Shown in pieces: positions 38,901 through 48,389 of a stretch of 64,000 bases of DNA. The notes under the pieces were generated by a model. It saw nothing but the letters and a program-made list of their open reading frames with translations, ran no database searches and was not told where the DNA came from. Positions within the stretch are counted from its first letter, which is position 1. Every line of letters starts with the position of its first letter. This DNA is from Prevotella sp. (GTDB taxonomy: Bacteria; Bacteroidota; Bacteroidia; Bacteroidales; Bacteroidaceae): contig JAXEKN010000055.1 in NCBI GenBank assembly GCA_034101015.1, positions 37,243 to 101,242 on the forward strand, written 5' to 3'. Position numbers and translations under genes: made by a program.

Positions 38901-38958
38901 CGAGAGCCACAGTAGCGATGATAAGGGTAAAGATGCTGATAAAAAATCTCTTAAACAT
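35908..38958 (-). CDS. SusC/RagA TonB-dependent receptor
   Basis: VVVGYGTQRK, NPLYVVDG, IEVLKDASACAIYGSRGSNGVILVTTK, KWETSQQ, YPSSRTYMFGVNLTF. Confidence 0.97.
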   Translation of the reverse strand: MFKRFFISIFTLIIATVALAQQGKTITGTVTDGATGEPLIGATVKEVGSSNGTITDFDGNFTLKAQGNELQVSYVGYVTLTVKADANGRCDVKMKSDNEIEEIVVVGYGTQRKSDLTGSLSSMSEKDFKNYATSNVSNMMAGKAAGVFVSTSSGQPGADAVVRVRGLGTVNDCNPLYVVDGQFMDNISSINPSDIERIEVLKDASACAIYGSRGSNGVILVTTKGGQKGATTVTFDAAIGVRSSYKALDMMNSDQYYDYITTAFAGDATFDKTKFTNQYKKGYSTNWWDECTRSAFNQNYNVGIRTGNETSRTSLSLGYVDEQGTIIETDFKRITARLSHEYDINKYLTVGGVVNIAKMKKRDANSLPSFDFILKADPFTPVINPLVDPSSANYEYNKWAPTEWSFDPNPVSVLKLNDRHNDLFNVFGNLFAKINFTKDFSYRVQFSFERNHDTFYGFKPIYEAIFSDDMLGNRESKYNTETQMTNNSGLVQNYLVEQRLNYNHTFGKHRLDLMGAMTYEKNTSEGINAFKRGALGNDEAYRVLDAGTVGDQVSGPKQTTSMLSYIARVNYSFDDRYLLTASFRADGSSRFAKNNRWGYFPSFSLGWRLSNEKFFQNSSISKVVDNVKVRAGWGQNGNQRIDANAPLTLIGTNNEKQWYFGNGFHTGYVPTYNGNPDIKWETSQQTNIGIDVTLFHNALDMSFDFYVKNTKDMLLQRPIPSFSGYVNDPFFNAGDLRNTGFDFVANYRNNIGKVNYNIGLNLSTYKTKVTKLNGEYLTGNVSRTYEGGPIGRFYGFKQIGIFQNQQEIDSYVDKNGTKIQPHAKPGDFKFAKLTEEGELNDNDRTFIGDPNPDLIFGFNLGAEWKGLDITMAFQGTIGNDIYNSSKGTLGTPGYQNALADAYTKAWRKEGDNAVYPRITTENDNQNFRTSSFMVEDGSYLRLQNLQIGYTLPGKWIKALQYVKNCRIYMSAQNLFTITGYSGLDPDLGSNSPLNMGYDNTRYPSSRTYMFGVNLTF

Positions 38959-38979
38959 AATTAGTCTTTACTTATAAGG

Positions 38980-40716
38980 TTATTTGTATGAAATGATTGT
39001 TTTTTCTCCTGCTATTATCTTGCCGTCCTGCAGTTTCAGCGGTGTACCTTCAGGTAGTGCATATACCACCATTGCCTGCTTGGCCGCGATGTTGATCTTG
39101 CTGCCGTTTTTCACTCCGCGTGCTATATATTTCTTTGTCACGATGTCGAAGAGGTCCACATTTCCGTCGGCCATGTCGATAGTGACTTGCTTGGCATCGT
39201 CGAAGGGATTATAATATAGGTAGCAAGGATAGGTGCGGTCGGCATAGAAGTCAGTGGCATTGCAGTCAAGTCGCAGTATGCCCTCCACATCAGTCTTGTT
39301 GACGATGGCGCCGAGAATACCCACTGGCGATGTGCTGTAGAGGCTCATCATGCTCTCCGTCGGGTTGCCTTCGATCCATTTCGGTCCGTCGCCAATAGCC
39401 ACTGGGCTGACACCCTTCAGTTCGGGTTTGCCATAGTCGTCCACCTTTCTCAGTCCCTCGTATGCCACGTTGTTGTCTGTGAGGTCGCGCAGTTCAGGAG
39501 CCCACTGGTGCTTTTCGTCGATACATCCGGGGAAGAAGAGTCGGCATGCGCTGGCATTGTTGAGCATCCACTTGCCTATGGCAGCGGCATATTGCGGTTG
39601 GTATTTCACCATCGGGACGAACGGCCAAGCCGGTTTGATACTGTTCATGAGGAAGGCATATCCGCCGAGGTCAGTGATGCTGCCCTGGAGTCCGCTCACG
39701 TCATAGTCGCCCCATTTGCCCACGATGATACCCCATCCTGTGCGTCCTGTCTCGCTCTTGCAGCCGTCAAACACCCAGTTGAGCAGTTTGGTCACGTCAT
39801 ATTGCTTGCCTTCGGCAGCGTTCAGATAGGCTGCGGTATATACTCCGAGCGGCAGGAGAGCCTCGTAGAAACGGCTTTCCTTCTGTGCGAGCAGAGCCTC
39901 GATGGCACTTTCGCTATGGCTGAGATAGCGCTGGTCGCCGAATTTCCTGTAGGCATTGAGCAATACATAGGCATGACCTCCTGCTGCATCCTGCTGGTAG
40001 GGGATATGATTGCGTCCGCCCTTCATCTGCCCATAGTCAAAATATGAATAGTCGTAATTGCCGTTGAGCACAGAGTCGGCCTTGGTGAACTGTTCTGCTA
40101 TCGTGTGCATGATTTCGTCAGCACCGTCAACACCGGGGAACACATCGCTCACGGCATAGAAGAGTGCGTTGGGCAGCACGTCATACCACCAGTCGCGGCC
40201 ATATCCACCGCCTAAGCCTCCCACCTTGGACACGGTATTGTTCATCATGATGTTCCATCCATTGTCCCTGTTGAAGAAGTTCTGTATCATCTTCACATAG
40301 TTGCGGCCGTCCTGATTGGTCTTGTCTATGCCCACCAGTCCTGCACCGAGAAGGGCTGCAAGCGAGTTGAGCGACTCGTGAAACTCGCCGTTGTTGTGGT
40401 TGGGTCCCTGGCGAATGTCGCACATGGCAGTGTATAGACCGAATGTCTCCTGATTGACGTTGCGGCGTGCATTGTCGGCCCAGATCAGTGGTCCTGCCTT
40501 GCCCTTGTTGTCCCAGTTGAAGACGTAGGCGTCGAAGTCAAGGGCTTTCTGTCGCCAGTCAAGCATCTCGTATGTGGAAGGCATATCGGGCATGGAGTCG
40601 ATACGTGAGATTGACACCTGCTGTATGGCCTCGCCATAGTTGTCGCCTTCTCCGGAGCATGATATCATGGCAGCCGAAGCTACGCATGTCATTGCTGAAA
40701 GAATGTATTTATTCAT
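38980..40716 (-). CDS. Uncharacterised PUL lipoprotein; candidate glycoside hydrolase/lyase of unassigned family
   Basis: Lipobox ISC; aromatic- and acid-rich motifs (FHESLN, WWYDVLPN, QQDAAGG, FYEALLP, YEGLRK); I recognise no CAZy signature. Confidence 0.6.
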   Translation of the reverse strand: MNKYILSAMTCVASAAMISCSGEGDNYGEAIQQVSISRIDSMPDMPSTYEMLDWRQKALDFDAYVFNWDNKGKAGPLIWADNARRNVNQETFGLYTAMCDIRQGPNHNNGEFHESLNSLAALLGAGLVGIDKTNQDGRNYVKMIQNFFNRDNGWNIMMNNTVSKVGGLGGGYGRDWWYDVLPNALFYAVSDVFPGVDGADEIMHTIAEQFTKADSVLNGNYDYSYFDYGQMKGGRNHIPYQQDAAGGHAYVLLNAYRKFGDQRYLSHSESAIEALLAQKESRFYEALLPLGVYTAAYLNAAEGKQYDVTKLLNWVFDGCKSETGRTGWGIIVGKWGDYDVSGLQGSITDLGGYAFLMNSIKPAWPFVPMVKYQPQYAAAIGKWMLNNASACRLFFPGCIDEKHQWAPELRDLTDNNVAYEGLRKVDDYGKPELKGVSPVAIGDGPKWIEGNPTESMMSLYSTSPVGILGAIVNKTDVEGILRLDCNATDFYADRTYPCYLYYNPFDDAKQVTIDMADGNVDLFDIVTKKYIARGVKNGSKINIAAKQAMVVYALPEGTPLKLQDGKIIAGEKTIISYK

Positions 40717-40727
40717 AGTTGTTGTGA

Positions 40728-41978
40728 TTATTTTGAAAGTTTGTCTGATTGTTTTGTTATGTTTTTCGCCAAAGGATAGGCAAGGGTTTGGAGTGCTGCC
40801 ACGATGATGAGTGCATATTTCAGTGCAAAGTCTTCTGATACGCAGTAGGCAAGAAGGATGAATAGTCCCAGTCCGAGAAACCTGCCCACAAACATGCCCA
40901 CCTCATGAGTCATGATATATGTGTATTCATTGCGCTTCTCAATCTTGGCCACCACATCTATCGTCCTCATCATCACCGGGAAGTAGGCGAGGTCAAAGAG
41001 CGGTTGGAAAATCACCTTGCACAATACGAATGCAATCACTCCCGCAGCCGAGAAGAGTATGCCGTTGAACAATGTTCCGATGAAGAACACCAGCACGCTG
41101 CCGAGGAATATCCACAGACGATGCTCCGGGCGTGCCACACGGCCAAGTATATACACCAATATGGCTGTCAATGCTCCGCTGATGCCCTGTATGGCACCAA
41201 GAGCCCCTTCGTCGCCTACAAACTTCATCACGAGTATGGCGGGAGCCGTGACAAGGAATCCCTGCACCATTCCCTTGAGCGAAGCCAATGTGAGCATCTT
41301 GCGCCAAAGGACGTGAAAGTGGATATGGAAGAAACGTGTGTCTTGGGGCATCTCAAAGCGTCCATGTGACAATACCGACACGGCAAGGATGGTGGTGAGA
41401 ATCACCATTCCCATGACAATCTTGTAGCATAGTGAGGCATCAAATTGTATGCCAAGCATTTCCTTTCCGTTCATGTAGCCTATGAAGGCACCGATCACCA
41501 ATGGCACTGTGATGTTGGCTACCGAGAAGAAGAATGACTCCAGTCCGAAGAAGTAGTTGCGGTTGTCGTCATGGGTATTGTAGAGGGTGAGCAGGTAGCG
41601 GTTGGTCCAGAAGAATCCTGATGCGGCTCCAAGGAGGAAACCTGCTATGCCGAGCTCCACGATGCCCAGACCCTCAATGAGCATCATGCCTCCAAGCGAC
41701 AATCCGCTCACCAAGATGCCGGCAGCATACAACACCTTTATCTGTATCTTCTTCAGCAGCAGTCCGTTGAGCATTGACGTGGCCACTACTCCCACATACA
41801 TGGCCAACTGGTAGTAGGCCACCATAGCGGGAGCGTTTGTGCTTCGCATAACGTATGCTCCGGCGAATATCTCCACCACAGGCAGGACAAACGCATAGAT
41901 CATATTGGTCAGCAATAGCACCTTCATGTTGTGCTCCTGGCTACAGAAGAATTTGAATTCTTTAGTCAATCCTTTCAT
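40728..41978 (-). CDS. MFS transporter
   Basis: About 12 hydrophobic helices, AASGFFWTNR; no signal peptide. Confidence 0.85.
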   Translation of the reverse strand: MKGLTKEFKFFCSQEHNMKVLLLTNMIYAFVLPVVEIFAGAYVMRSTNAPAMVAYYQLAMYVGVVATSMLNGLLLKKIQIKVLYAAGILVSGLSLGGMMLIEGLGIVELGIAGFLLGAASGFFWTNRYLLTLYNTHDDNRNYFFGLESFFFSVANITVPLVIGAFIGYMNGKEMLGIQFDASLCYKIVMGMVILTTILAVSVLSHGRFEMPQDTRFFHIHFHVLWRKMLTLASLKGMVQGFLVTAPAILVMKFVGDEGALGAIQGISGALTAILVYILGRVARPEHRLWIFLGSVLVFFIGTLFNGILFSAAGVIAFVLCKVIFQPLFDLAYFPVMMRTIDVVAKIEKRNEYTYIMTHEVGMFVGRFLGLGLFILLAYCVSEDFALKYALIIVAALQTLAYPLAKNITKQSDKLSK

Positions 41979-41996
41979 ATAAAGGCTGTGAATTGG

Positions 41997-43040
41997 TTAT
42001 ACGTTCAGTGTGGAAAGTATCTCATTGATGGATAGGTCTGCCTGGCATATCACCTCGTCGCTTGCACCATAATATATACGTATGGTGTCGCCATCCACAA
42101 TCTGTCCGTTGGAGAACACGACGTTGCCGAAGAAACCGGTCTGCTCGTAGGGGGCAACGGGTTCCATGATGGGCTCTTCGCTGCGTGCCAGAACCTTTGT
42201 CGGGTCGTTGAGGTCGAGGAGCATGGCTCCAAGGCAGTATCTGTTTTCCTTTGTGGCACCATGGTATATCTCCAACCATCCCTTGTCGGTCTTGACGGGT
42301 GAGCAACCGGCACCAAGGCGCGCACTGTCAAACTTGCCCTCCCTTGTGGTGGCGATACACTCATGGCGTCCCCAGTGGATGCGGTCGAAGCTCTCGGCTA
42401 TCCACATATAGTTGCCGCCTAATTCCGGACTGCTCGGACGGTGAAGCGCGAAATATTTGTCGCCTATCTTCTCGTCGAAGAGTGCGCAGTCCTTGTTGTG
42501 TGCCGGGAAGATCATTCCCTCATGCTCATAGTTGATGAAGTCCTTGGTGTGAATCATGCCCACTCCCACTGCCACTGGCGACACCTCGGTGAAGGTAAGG
42601 AAATATCCGTCGTCCATGGTTGCCACCCGACAGTCCTCTATGCCGAATGACTCTGACGGACGGCTGCCGAAGATGGGCTTGTAGCGTTCATCCTCATGGA
42701 AGTGGATGCCGTCCTCGCTAAAGGCAAGACGTAGATAGGATAGGGTGGTGAGATAGTCCTGCCCCTTGTATTTTATCACTCGCGGGTCGCTGGCGTCAAG
42801 GTCTTTGTCGTCCTCGTTAAACTCCATCACCTTGAATCCCTCCGGGGTGTAGATGGGAAAGGAGATCTTGCCCTTCTGTTGCTTTGGTCTCTCGGCTACA
42901 CGTATCACGAGTCCTATACGACCGTCCATTTTGAATACTCCGGGATTCAGCAAGCAGGCTATCTCCATTCCGTCAATTGCCGGTGTGAAGTCTTTCGGTG
43001 ACAGAATAGGATTCTGCTGGTTTCTTTTGGCTATGTCCAT
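41997..43040 (-). CDS. Glycoside hydrolase family 130 (beta-mannoside phosphorylase-type), cytoplasmic
   Basis: NPGVF, GIEDCRV, NKDCALF, LHRP, IYHGA, NVVFSNG, YYGASD. Confidence 0.92.
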   Translation of the reverse strand: MDIAKRNQQNPILSPKDFTPAIDGMEIACLLNPGVFKMDGRIGLVIRVAERPKQQKGKISFPIYTPEGFKVMEFNEDDKDLDASDPRVIKYKGQDYLTTLSYLRLAFSEDGIHFHEDERYKPIFGSRPSESFGIEDCRVATMDDGYFLTFTEVSPVAVGVGMIHTKDFINYEHEGMIFPAHNKDCALFDEKIGDKYFALHRPSSPELGGNYMWIAESFDRIHWGRHECIATTREGKFDSARLGAGCSPVKTDKGWLEIYHGATKENRYCLGAMLLDLNDPTKVLARSEEPIMEPVAPYEQTGFFGNVVFSNGQIVDGDTIRIYYGASDEVICQADLSINEILSTLNV

Positions 43041-43318
43041 TTCGTTTGATGTTTTTTAATTGTTAATAAATAAGGTTGTTCAGATTGCAGGACGACGCGT
43101 CTTTTTGTCCTATTGCGCTGCAAAGGTAGCCATTTGTCCGCAATGATGCGATATACACATGTCCAAAGTTGTATGTTTGCGTACCTACACCAAATTAGAC
43201 ACTAATATATACTATTTAGGTACAAATATATACAAAATATTCATAATTTCTCAGTGAAAATATCCGTATATACATACTTTTTTGTATCTTTGCCCCGAAA
43301 AAGCTAATTGTGAACGTT

Positions 43319-46300
43319 ATGAAGATGTCAATAATGCGATGTGTGATTGTGATATACAGCCTCTTGTGGGTGTCCTTTGGCAATGCCAAGGAGTGGAAGA
43401 CGGTGAATATCAACAATACGAAGGGACTGAACAATAGTGCTGTCAACATCCTGTTTCAGGACAGGGCCGGAGTGCTGTGGATAGGCACGTGGGATGGACT
43501 CAACCGCTATGACGGTTGTCAGATATCCCACGTAAAGGCTGTGCCCAACAATTCCACGACACTGTCACACCCCGTAGTGCGCGACATACATGAGGATGTG
43601 CATGATAATGTGTTGTGGGTTGTGACCGACTGGGGTATCAACCGCATGAGCCGTCTCGACAGGTCGTGCCGCCAGTATTATCTTGACAGCCCTCACAATG
43701 TCAAGCGCACCGAGAAGTCGTTCATGGCAGCTGCCGATGACAAGGGTAATGTCGTGGCATACTACAATGGCGGCAATCTCCATATATATAATAATGTGGC
43801 GGACAAGTTTGTCCCGATAGCCACCGACTTGCCCAAGTCCGTCCATCTCAAGGCGATGGCTTTTGACTCGAATGGCTTTCTTATGGCTACCGACAGTGAC
43901 AGGCTGTATATGATGAAGATGACCGACGGGGCATTGCGCACCATACGTCGCTATCCCTTGCCTCAGAATGTATCAGCCATGACATTCGACAACTATTCCC
44001 GCCTGTGGGTGCAGACCGGCAACCGTTTGTTGTATGTCAACAATGGACGGTTTGTTGAAGCCGGGATGGAGATCGACGGCAGGTTGACCTGTGTGAGCTT
44101 TTCAAAAAAGGGATGTATAGTGGGCACCAACAATGGGTATTATGCCTATCAGTCGGGACATTTGGTGGCCCGTCAGTTGGAGAATATCTACGTGACCTCC
44201 ATCCTTCACGGCACACAGGACATCATTTGGATAGGCACCGACGGCAAGGGAGTATATCAGTATTATCAGGACGAGTCGTTTGCCAAGTCTTATGAGATAG
44301 GCGACAAGAACCTTCCCGTAAGGGCCATCTGTCTTTTCGGCAATAAGATGCTCATAGGCACCAAAGGTGAGGGGCTTTTGGTGTTTGATGTCAATGAAAA
44401 CCGTCCCATCCAACATATCAACACCATCAATGTCGGCAATGGCAGGGCATATAATGCCGTGTTCTCTCTATGTCCCAGCCGCGACGGAAGAATTTGGGTG
44501 GGAGCTGATGTTGACGGTCTCGGTTATTACAAGGACGGACAGCTATTGCGAATGGACTATACCCGTGCAGCTGACGCTGCCGTCACCAGTTCAATATACT
44601 CCATAGTGGAGGTCAATGACTCCACCCTTTATCTCGGATGCAGCGGCAGTGGCTTGGTCAAGGTAAGCCGCAGGGGAAATCTCATAACCCATGTGAAGCA
44701 ATACGGCAAGAACGTCGGTGCAGGCACCTATGGCAATATCGTCTATTCCGTCATTACCGACGGTCATTATATATGGGCAGGTACCCGTGGCGGCGGTCTT
44801 ATGCGACTCGACACACACACTGAGCAGTTGGTCACCTATAGTAATGACCCGACAAATCCACGTTCACTTTGGAGCAACGACATAATATCCCTCTATAAGG
44901 ACAGCAGGGGCAGGTTGTGGATAGGCATGTCACAAGGACTTGACATGATGTGTGATGACAATGGGCAGGCGGTGTTCCTTCATTACAATAATTGCGGGCT
45001 TGCCGATCTCAACATCCACAGCATCCGCGAGGACTATCAGGGAAATATATGGGTCAGCACCAGTTATGGCGTGTCAAAGATAACACCCAAGGGAGAGACA
45101 TTCAACTTCACCTACCGTGACGGACTGCAGGGCAATGAGTTCAGCGATGGGGCCGGGCTGAGCTATAAGAAAGGACAGGCATTGCTCTTTGGAGGCACCA
45201 ATGGCATCACCGCCATACGTCCGGCATTGCTCAATGACGGCCAGTTCATGCCCAAGCTCATTCTCTCAGGGATAAAGATCGACAACACCCCCGTGGCATT
45301 GAGCAATGAGTATGCCTTTGACAATGAGACGATGTCATATCTCTTTTCTTTCAGCATTATGGATTACATCAGCAATGACCGCTGCGAGATATCCTATCGT
45401 CTGGAACGCCATTCGCTGTTGGGCGGCAAGGAGCACGAATGGATCAACATAGGCGCGGAAAAAGACATATTGCTCAACCAACTCCCCCCGGGAGAATACA
45501 CACTCTACGTCAGACAAAGCAATTCGGCGCATATATGGGCTCAACAGCCATTGGTCATCAGTTTCTATGTCCGATATCCATGGTGGCTCAGATGGTGGAG
45601 CATATCGCTGTACGTCATTGTCATCACTGCGGTCATCGTATATTACTATCGGGAGAAAAAACGCAAGGAGATGCAGAGGCATGAACGCGAGATGGAGCGC
45701 CAGGCCGCACAGTTTCAGCAGGACACCCACCATGCCAAACTGCGATTCTTTGCCAATGTGTCGAGCCAGTTCTCAAGCCATATCACACATATATATAATG
45801 CCATTGACAAGATCAATGCCGCTCGTCCGGAGGATAATGTGGCTGAAAACGTGAAATACATACTGGGCAACGTCAAGGATATGGACAGGCAGATACAGCG
45901 TCTGTCCGAGATACAGTCGGCTGGGATAGATGATTCGGATGTCACGGCTAATGTGGTTAAGATCACCGAGGCGGTCAAATATTCCCTTGACGACTATACG
46001 CAGAAGATAATAGCCAACAGGATTAACCTCGACATCAAGGATGACGACGTCATGGTGGTGACGGACAAGATGCTATTTCTCAAGGCTATACACAATATTC
46101 TAAGCTATATCTTCAGGACCATCGACGAGAAAGGCGCGTTTGCTGTGGGATGGAAGATGAAAAACAATCAGGCTGTCATTGACTTTGACTATTCCGCCAC
46201 CACACCCGACAATGACCAGCTTGAGATTATCTTCAACCAGTTTAAGGCTCTCGACATATATGAGAGAAGACTCGTGCAGGGTGAGGACGACAAGAACTTC

Positions 46301-47233
46301 CGACTCACCATCGGCAACGAGCTGGCAAAGCGTCTCGGAGGTGGTATCACAGTGGCTGCACATGGCGAGGGAATGACGCGCATATCCCTGACAGTCACCT
46401 CTATGCCCAAGACCTTGATAAAGACGTCAAAGGAAGACGAAAAGACCTCGGGCATTGAGAAGATCATAAGCAGCGGCATGAAACGAATACTTGTGGTGAT
46501 GGACGACGGCGACATGACGTCTCTCGTGAGGTCCATACTCGAAAAGTCGTTTATCATTGATGTCGTCGAGGAGCAATATATCGCCCAGGGCAACGAATTG
46601 GAGAATACCTACGAAATGGTGATATATGAACCAGCGCATGTCTCTGACCTCTCGTTCATATCCCATGTCAAAAACAACGAGAGGACACGTTTCATGCCCA
46701 TCGTGGCTATATGCAGCAGCAGTGACAAGGAGACGGGGGCAAGGATGCTGCGTCTCGGAGCAAACAGTATCTTGGAAAAACCATTCCAGAGCGACTATCT
46801 CAAGGCCATCGTCGAGAGGGAGATGATGTCGTCCGACCAGATGCGCGACTATTCCGACTCCACATTGTCATATATGCGGCGCTTCAACACCAAGGACATG
46901 ACCAAGGAGGATACCGAGTTCTTGTATAAGCTCACCGCCACAGTGAGCCAACATTATGCCGACGAGGACTATAATCCCTCCTCACTCGCACAGGACATGG
47001 CGATGAGCCGCACCCAACTGTATCGCAAGTTCAAACTCGTGAGCGACCTGTCGCCCACTGACTTCATCCTGCAATACCGAATGTACAAGGCTGTAAAGGC
47101 ATTGCGCAATACCGACAAAAGTATATCCGAGATAATATCGCAATGCGGATTCCGCAACCGGGCCTTCTTCTACAGGGAGTTTGCCCGCCAGTATAATTGC
47201 TCGCCTAAGGAATACAGGAACTCGTCAGTCTGA
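43319..47233 (+). CDS. Hybrid two-component-like regulator (beta-propeller sensor, Y_Y_Y, TM, degenerate kinase, degenerate receiver, AraC HTH)
   Basis: LWIGTWDGLNRYDG propeller repeats, YRLE...LPPGEYTLYVR, TM helix, AraC tail MSRTQLYRKFK...GFRNRAFFYREF. H-box and receiver Asp are altered. Confidence 0.9.
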   Translation: MKMSIMRCVIVIYSLLWVSFGNAKEWKTVNINNTKGLNNSAVNILFQDRAGVLWIGTWDGLNRYDGCQISHVKAVPNNSTTLSHPVVRDIHEDVHDNVLWVVTDWGINRMSRLDRSCRQYYLDSPHNVKRTEKSFMAAADDKGNVVAYYNGGNLHIYNNVADKFVPIATDLPKSVHLKAMAFDSNGFLMATDSDRLYMMKMTDGALRTIRRYPLPQNVSAMTFDNYSRLWVQTGNRLLYVNNGRFVEAGMEIDGRLTCVSFSKKGCIVGTNNGYYAYQSGHLVARQLENIYVTSILHGTQDIIWIGTDGKGVYQYYQDESFAKSYEIGDKNLPVRAICLFGNKMLIGTKGEGLLVFDVNENRPIQHINTINVGNGRAYNAVFSLCPSRDGRIWVGADVDGLGYYKDGQLLRMDYTRAADAAVTSSIYSIVEVNDSTLYLGCSGSGLVKVSRRGNLITHVKQYGKNVGAGTYGNIVYSVITDGHYIWAGTRGGGLMRLDTHTEQLVTYSNDPTNPRSLWSNDIISLYKDSRGRLWIGMSQGLDMMCDDNGQAVFLHYNNCGLADLNIHSIREDYQGNIWVSTSYGVSKITPKGETFNFTYRDGLQGNEFSDGAGLSYKKGQALLFGGTNGITAIRPALLNDGQFMPKLILSGIKIDNTPVALSNEYAFDNETMSYLFSFSIMDYISNDRCEISYRLERHSLLGGKEHEWINIGAEKDILLNQLPPGEYTLYVRQSNSAHIWAQQPLVISFYVRYPWWLRWWSISLYVIVITAVIVYYYREKKRKEMQRHEREMERQAAQFQQDTHHAKLRFFANVSSQFSSHITHIYNAIDKINAARPEDNVAENVKYILGNVKDMDRQIQRLSEIQSAGIDDSDVTANVVKITEAVKYSLDDYTQKIIANRINLDIKDDDVMVVTDKMLFLKAIHNILSYIFRTIDEKGAFAVGWKMKNNQAVIDFDYSATTPDNDQLEIIFNQFKALDIYERRLVQGEDDKNFRLTIGNELAKRLGGGITVAAHGEGMTRISLTVTSMPKTLIKTSKEDEKTSGIEKIISSGMKRILVVMDDGDMTSLVRSILEKSFIIDVVEEQYIAQGNELENTYEMVIYEPAHVSDLSFISHVKNNERTRFMPIVAICSSSDKETGARMLRLGANSILEKPFQSDYLKAIVEREMMSSDQMRDYSDSTLSYMRRFNTKDMTKEDTEFLYKLTATVSQHYADEDYNPSSLAQDMAMSRTQLYRKFKLVSDLSPTDFILQYRMYKAVKALRNTDKSISEIISQCGFRNRAFFYREFARQYNCSPKEYRNSSV

Positions 47234-47245
47234 CCTGTCATAGGA

Positions 47246-48007
47246 TTATAGCCGCAGGCGGTAGCCTACGGTAAGGCTGAAGACGCTGGTGCGTATCGAC
47301 GAGCCGTATGTGGCGGCAAGGTCCTTCAGGCCTATGCGATACTGTGCATCGAGGATGACATTCTCGTATTCGTAGGATATGCCCATGGGTATGGACATGT
47401 CGAAGTGGTGGTATGTGGCCTTCGCGTCTTGGTCCCACGACAGATACACTTGGCTGCCCTCTTCCGCCGGATTGCCGTTGGCGTCGTAATATATGATATT
47501 GTTGGGGTTCTTCTTGTCATATAAGCCAGCCACGGTGTTGCCCTTGGATTTTGCCGAGAGCATGAAGCCGAGCTGCACTCCCGCCTTCAGCGCGATATTG
47601 TCGGTGAGATAGTAGCTGACCTTTATAGGCACGTTGAGAAAGCCGAAGTTCTCCCTGATGTTTTCAAACTTCTCGAATTTCAGCAGGTTGTCCGAACCTG
47701 CCACCTTTTCCGTCGTGTGATAATCCTTGAATTTCTCGCTTTGCATGGCATACATAGCCCCGACCGTCACTCCAATCCTGTCGCTGACCATATACTCCAA
47801 GTCCACGCCTGCCTCATAGCCTGGCTTGTACGACGAATTGATATATTCATCCACTCCCGATTCGCCAATCCATAGCTTGTCGTTGTTCAGTCTCGACAGG
47901 TTCACTCCCACCTTCGGGATGACCGACCATTCGCCTGCATCCCGCCTTTGTGCCGTCATTCCCGTGGCAATGAACATTGCCAATAACATTACCAATGTCT
48001 TTTTCAT
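47246..48007 (-). CDS. Outer-membrane beta-barrel (porin family, OMP_b-brl_2 type)
   Basis: PKVGVNLS, FLNVPIKVSY, LKAGVQLGF, SIPMGISYEY, FSLTVGYRL. Confidence 0.85.
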   Translation of the reverse strand: MKKTLVMLLAMFIATGMTAQRRDAGEWSVIPKVGVNLSRLNNDKLWIGESGVDEYINSSYKPGYEAGVDLEYMVSDRIGVTVGAMYAMQSEKFKDYHTTEKVAGSDNLLKFEKFENIRENFGFLNVPIKVSYYLTDNIALKAGVQLGFMLSAKSKGNTVAGLYDKKNPNNIIYYDANGNPAEEGSQVYLSWDQDAKATYHHFDMSIPMGISYEYENVILDAQYRIGLKDLAATYGSSIRTSVFSLTVGYRLRL

Positions 48008-48389
48008 AATGTCTGTCTTTTTTATATATGTATCTGTCGTTTAAATAGTTGTGGGAATGTCTGGCCCACAATATGGTGCAAAGGTAATGCATTTATTTCA
48101 TATCTCCAAACATATTGCATTTTTTTAATCTTTCTTTGACTATGATTATGACATTCGGATGCCCGTCTTTGTATCATAAGAAAGGCCGTTGTCGTAGTGT
48201 CTTGCGAGTTGGCAAATGGACTTTTGCTGACTAACAAATGAACTTTTGCCAGTTGGCAAAAGCAGCTTTCATAGTTTGAGAAATATTATATCATAGAAAA
48301 ACCAATGCAATTTGATTAAAAAACCTCTGTAATGTTTGGATATGTGAAATTAAATGTCTATCTTTGCCGAATAATTCAAGAGCACGATT

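Noticed and set aside
43060-43310. Direct-repeat binding site for the hybrid regulator in the divergent promoter region
   Set aside because: Both -7 boxes are visible, but I could not find a convincing repeated motif by eye.
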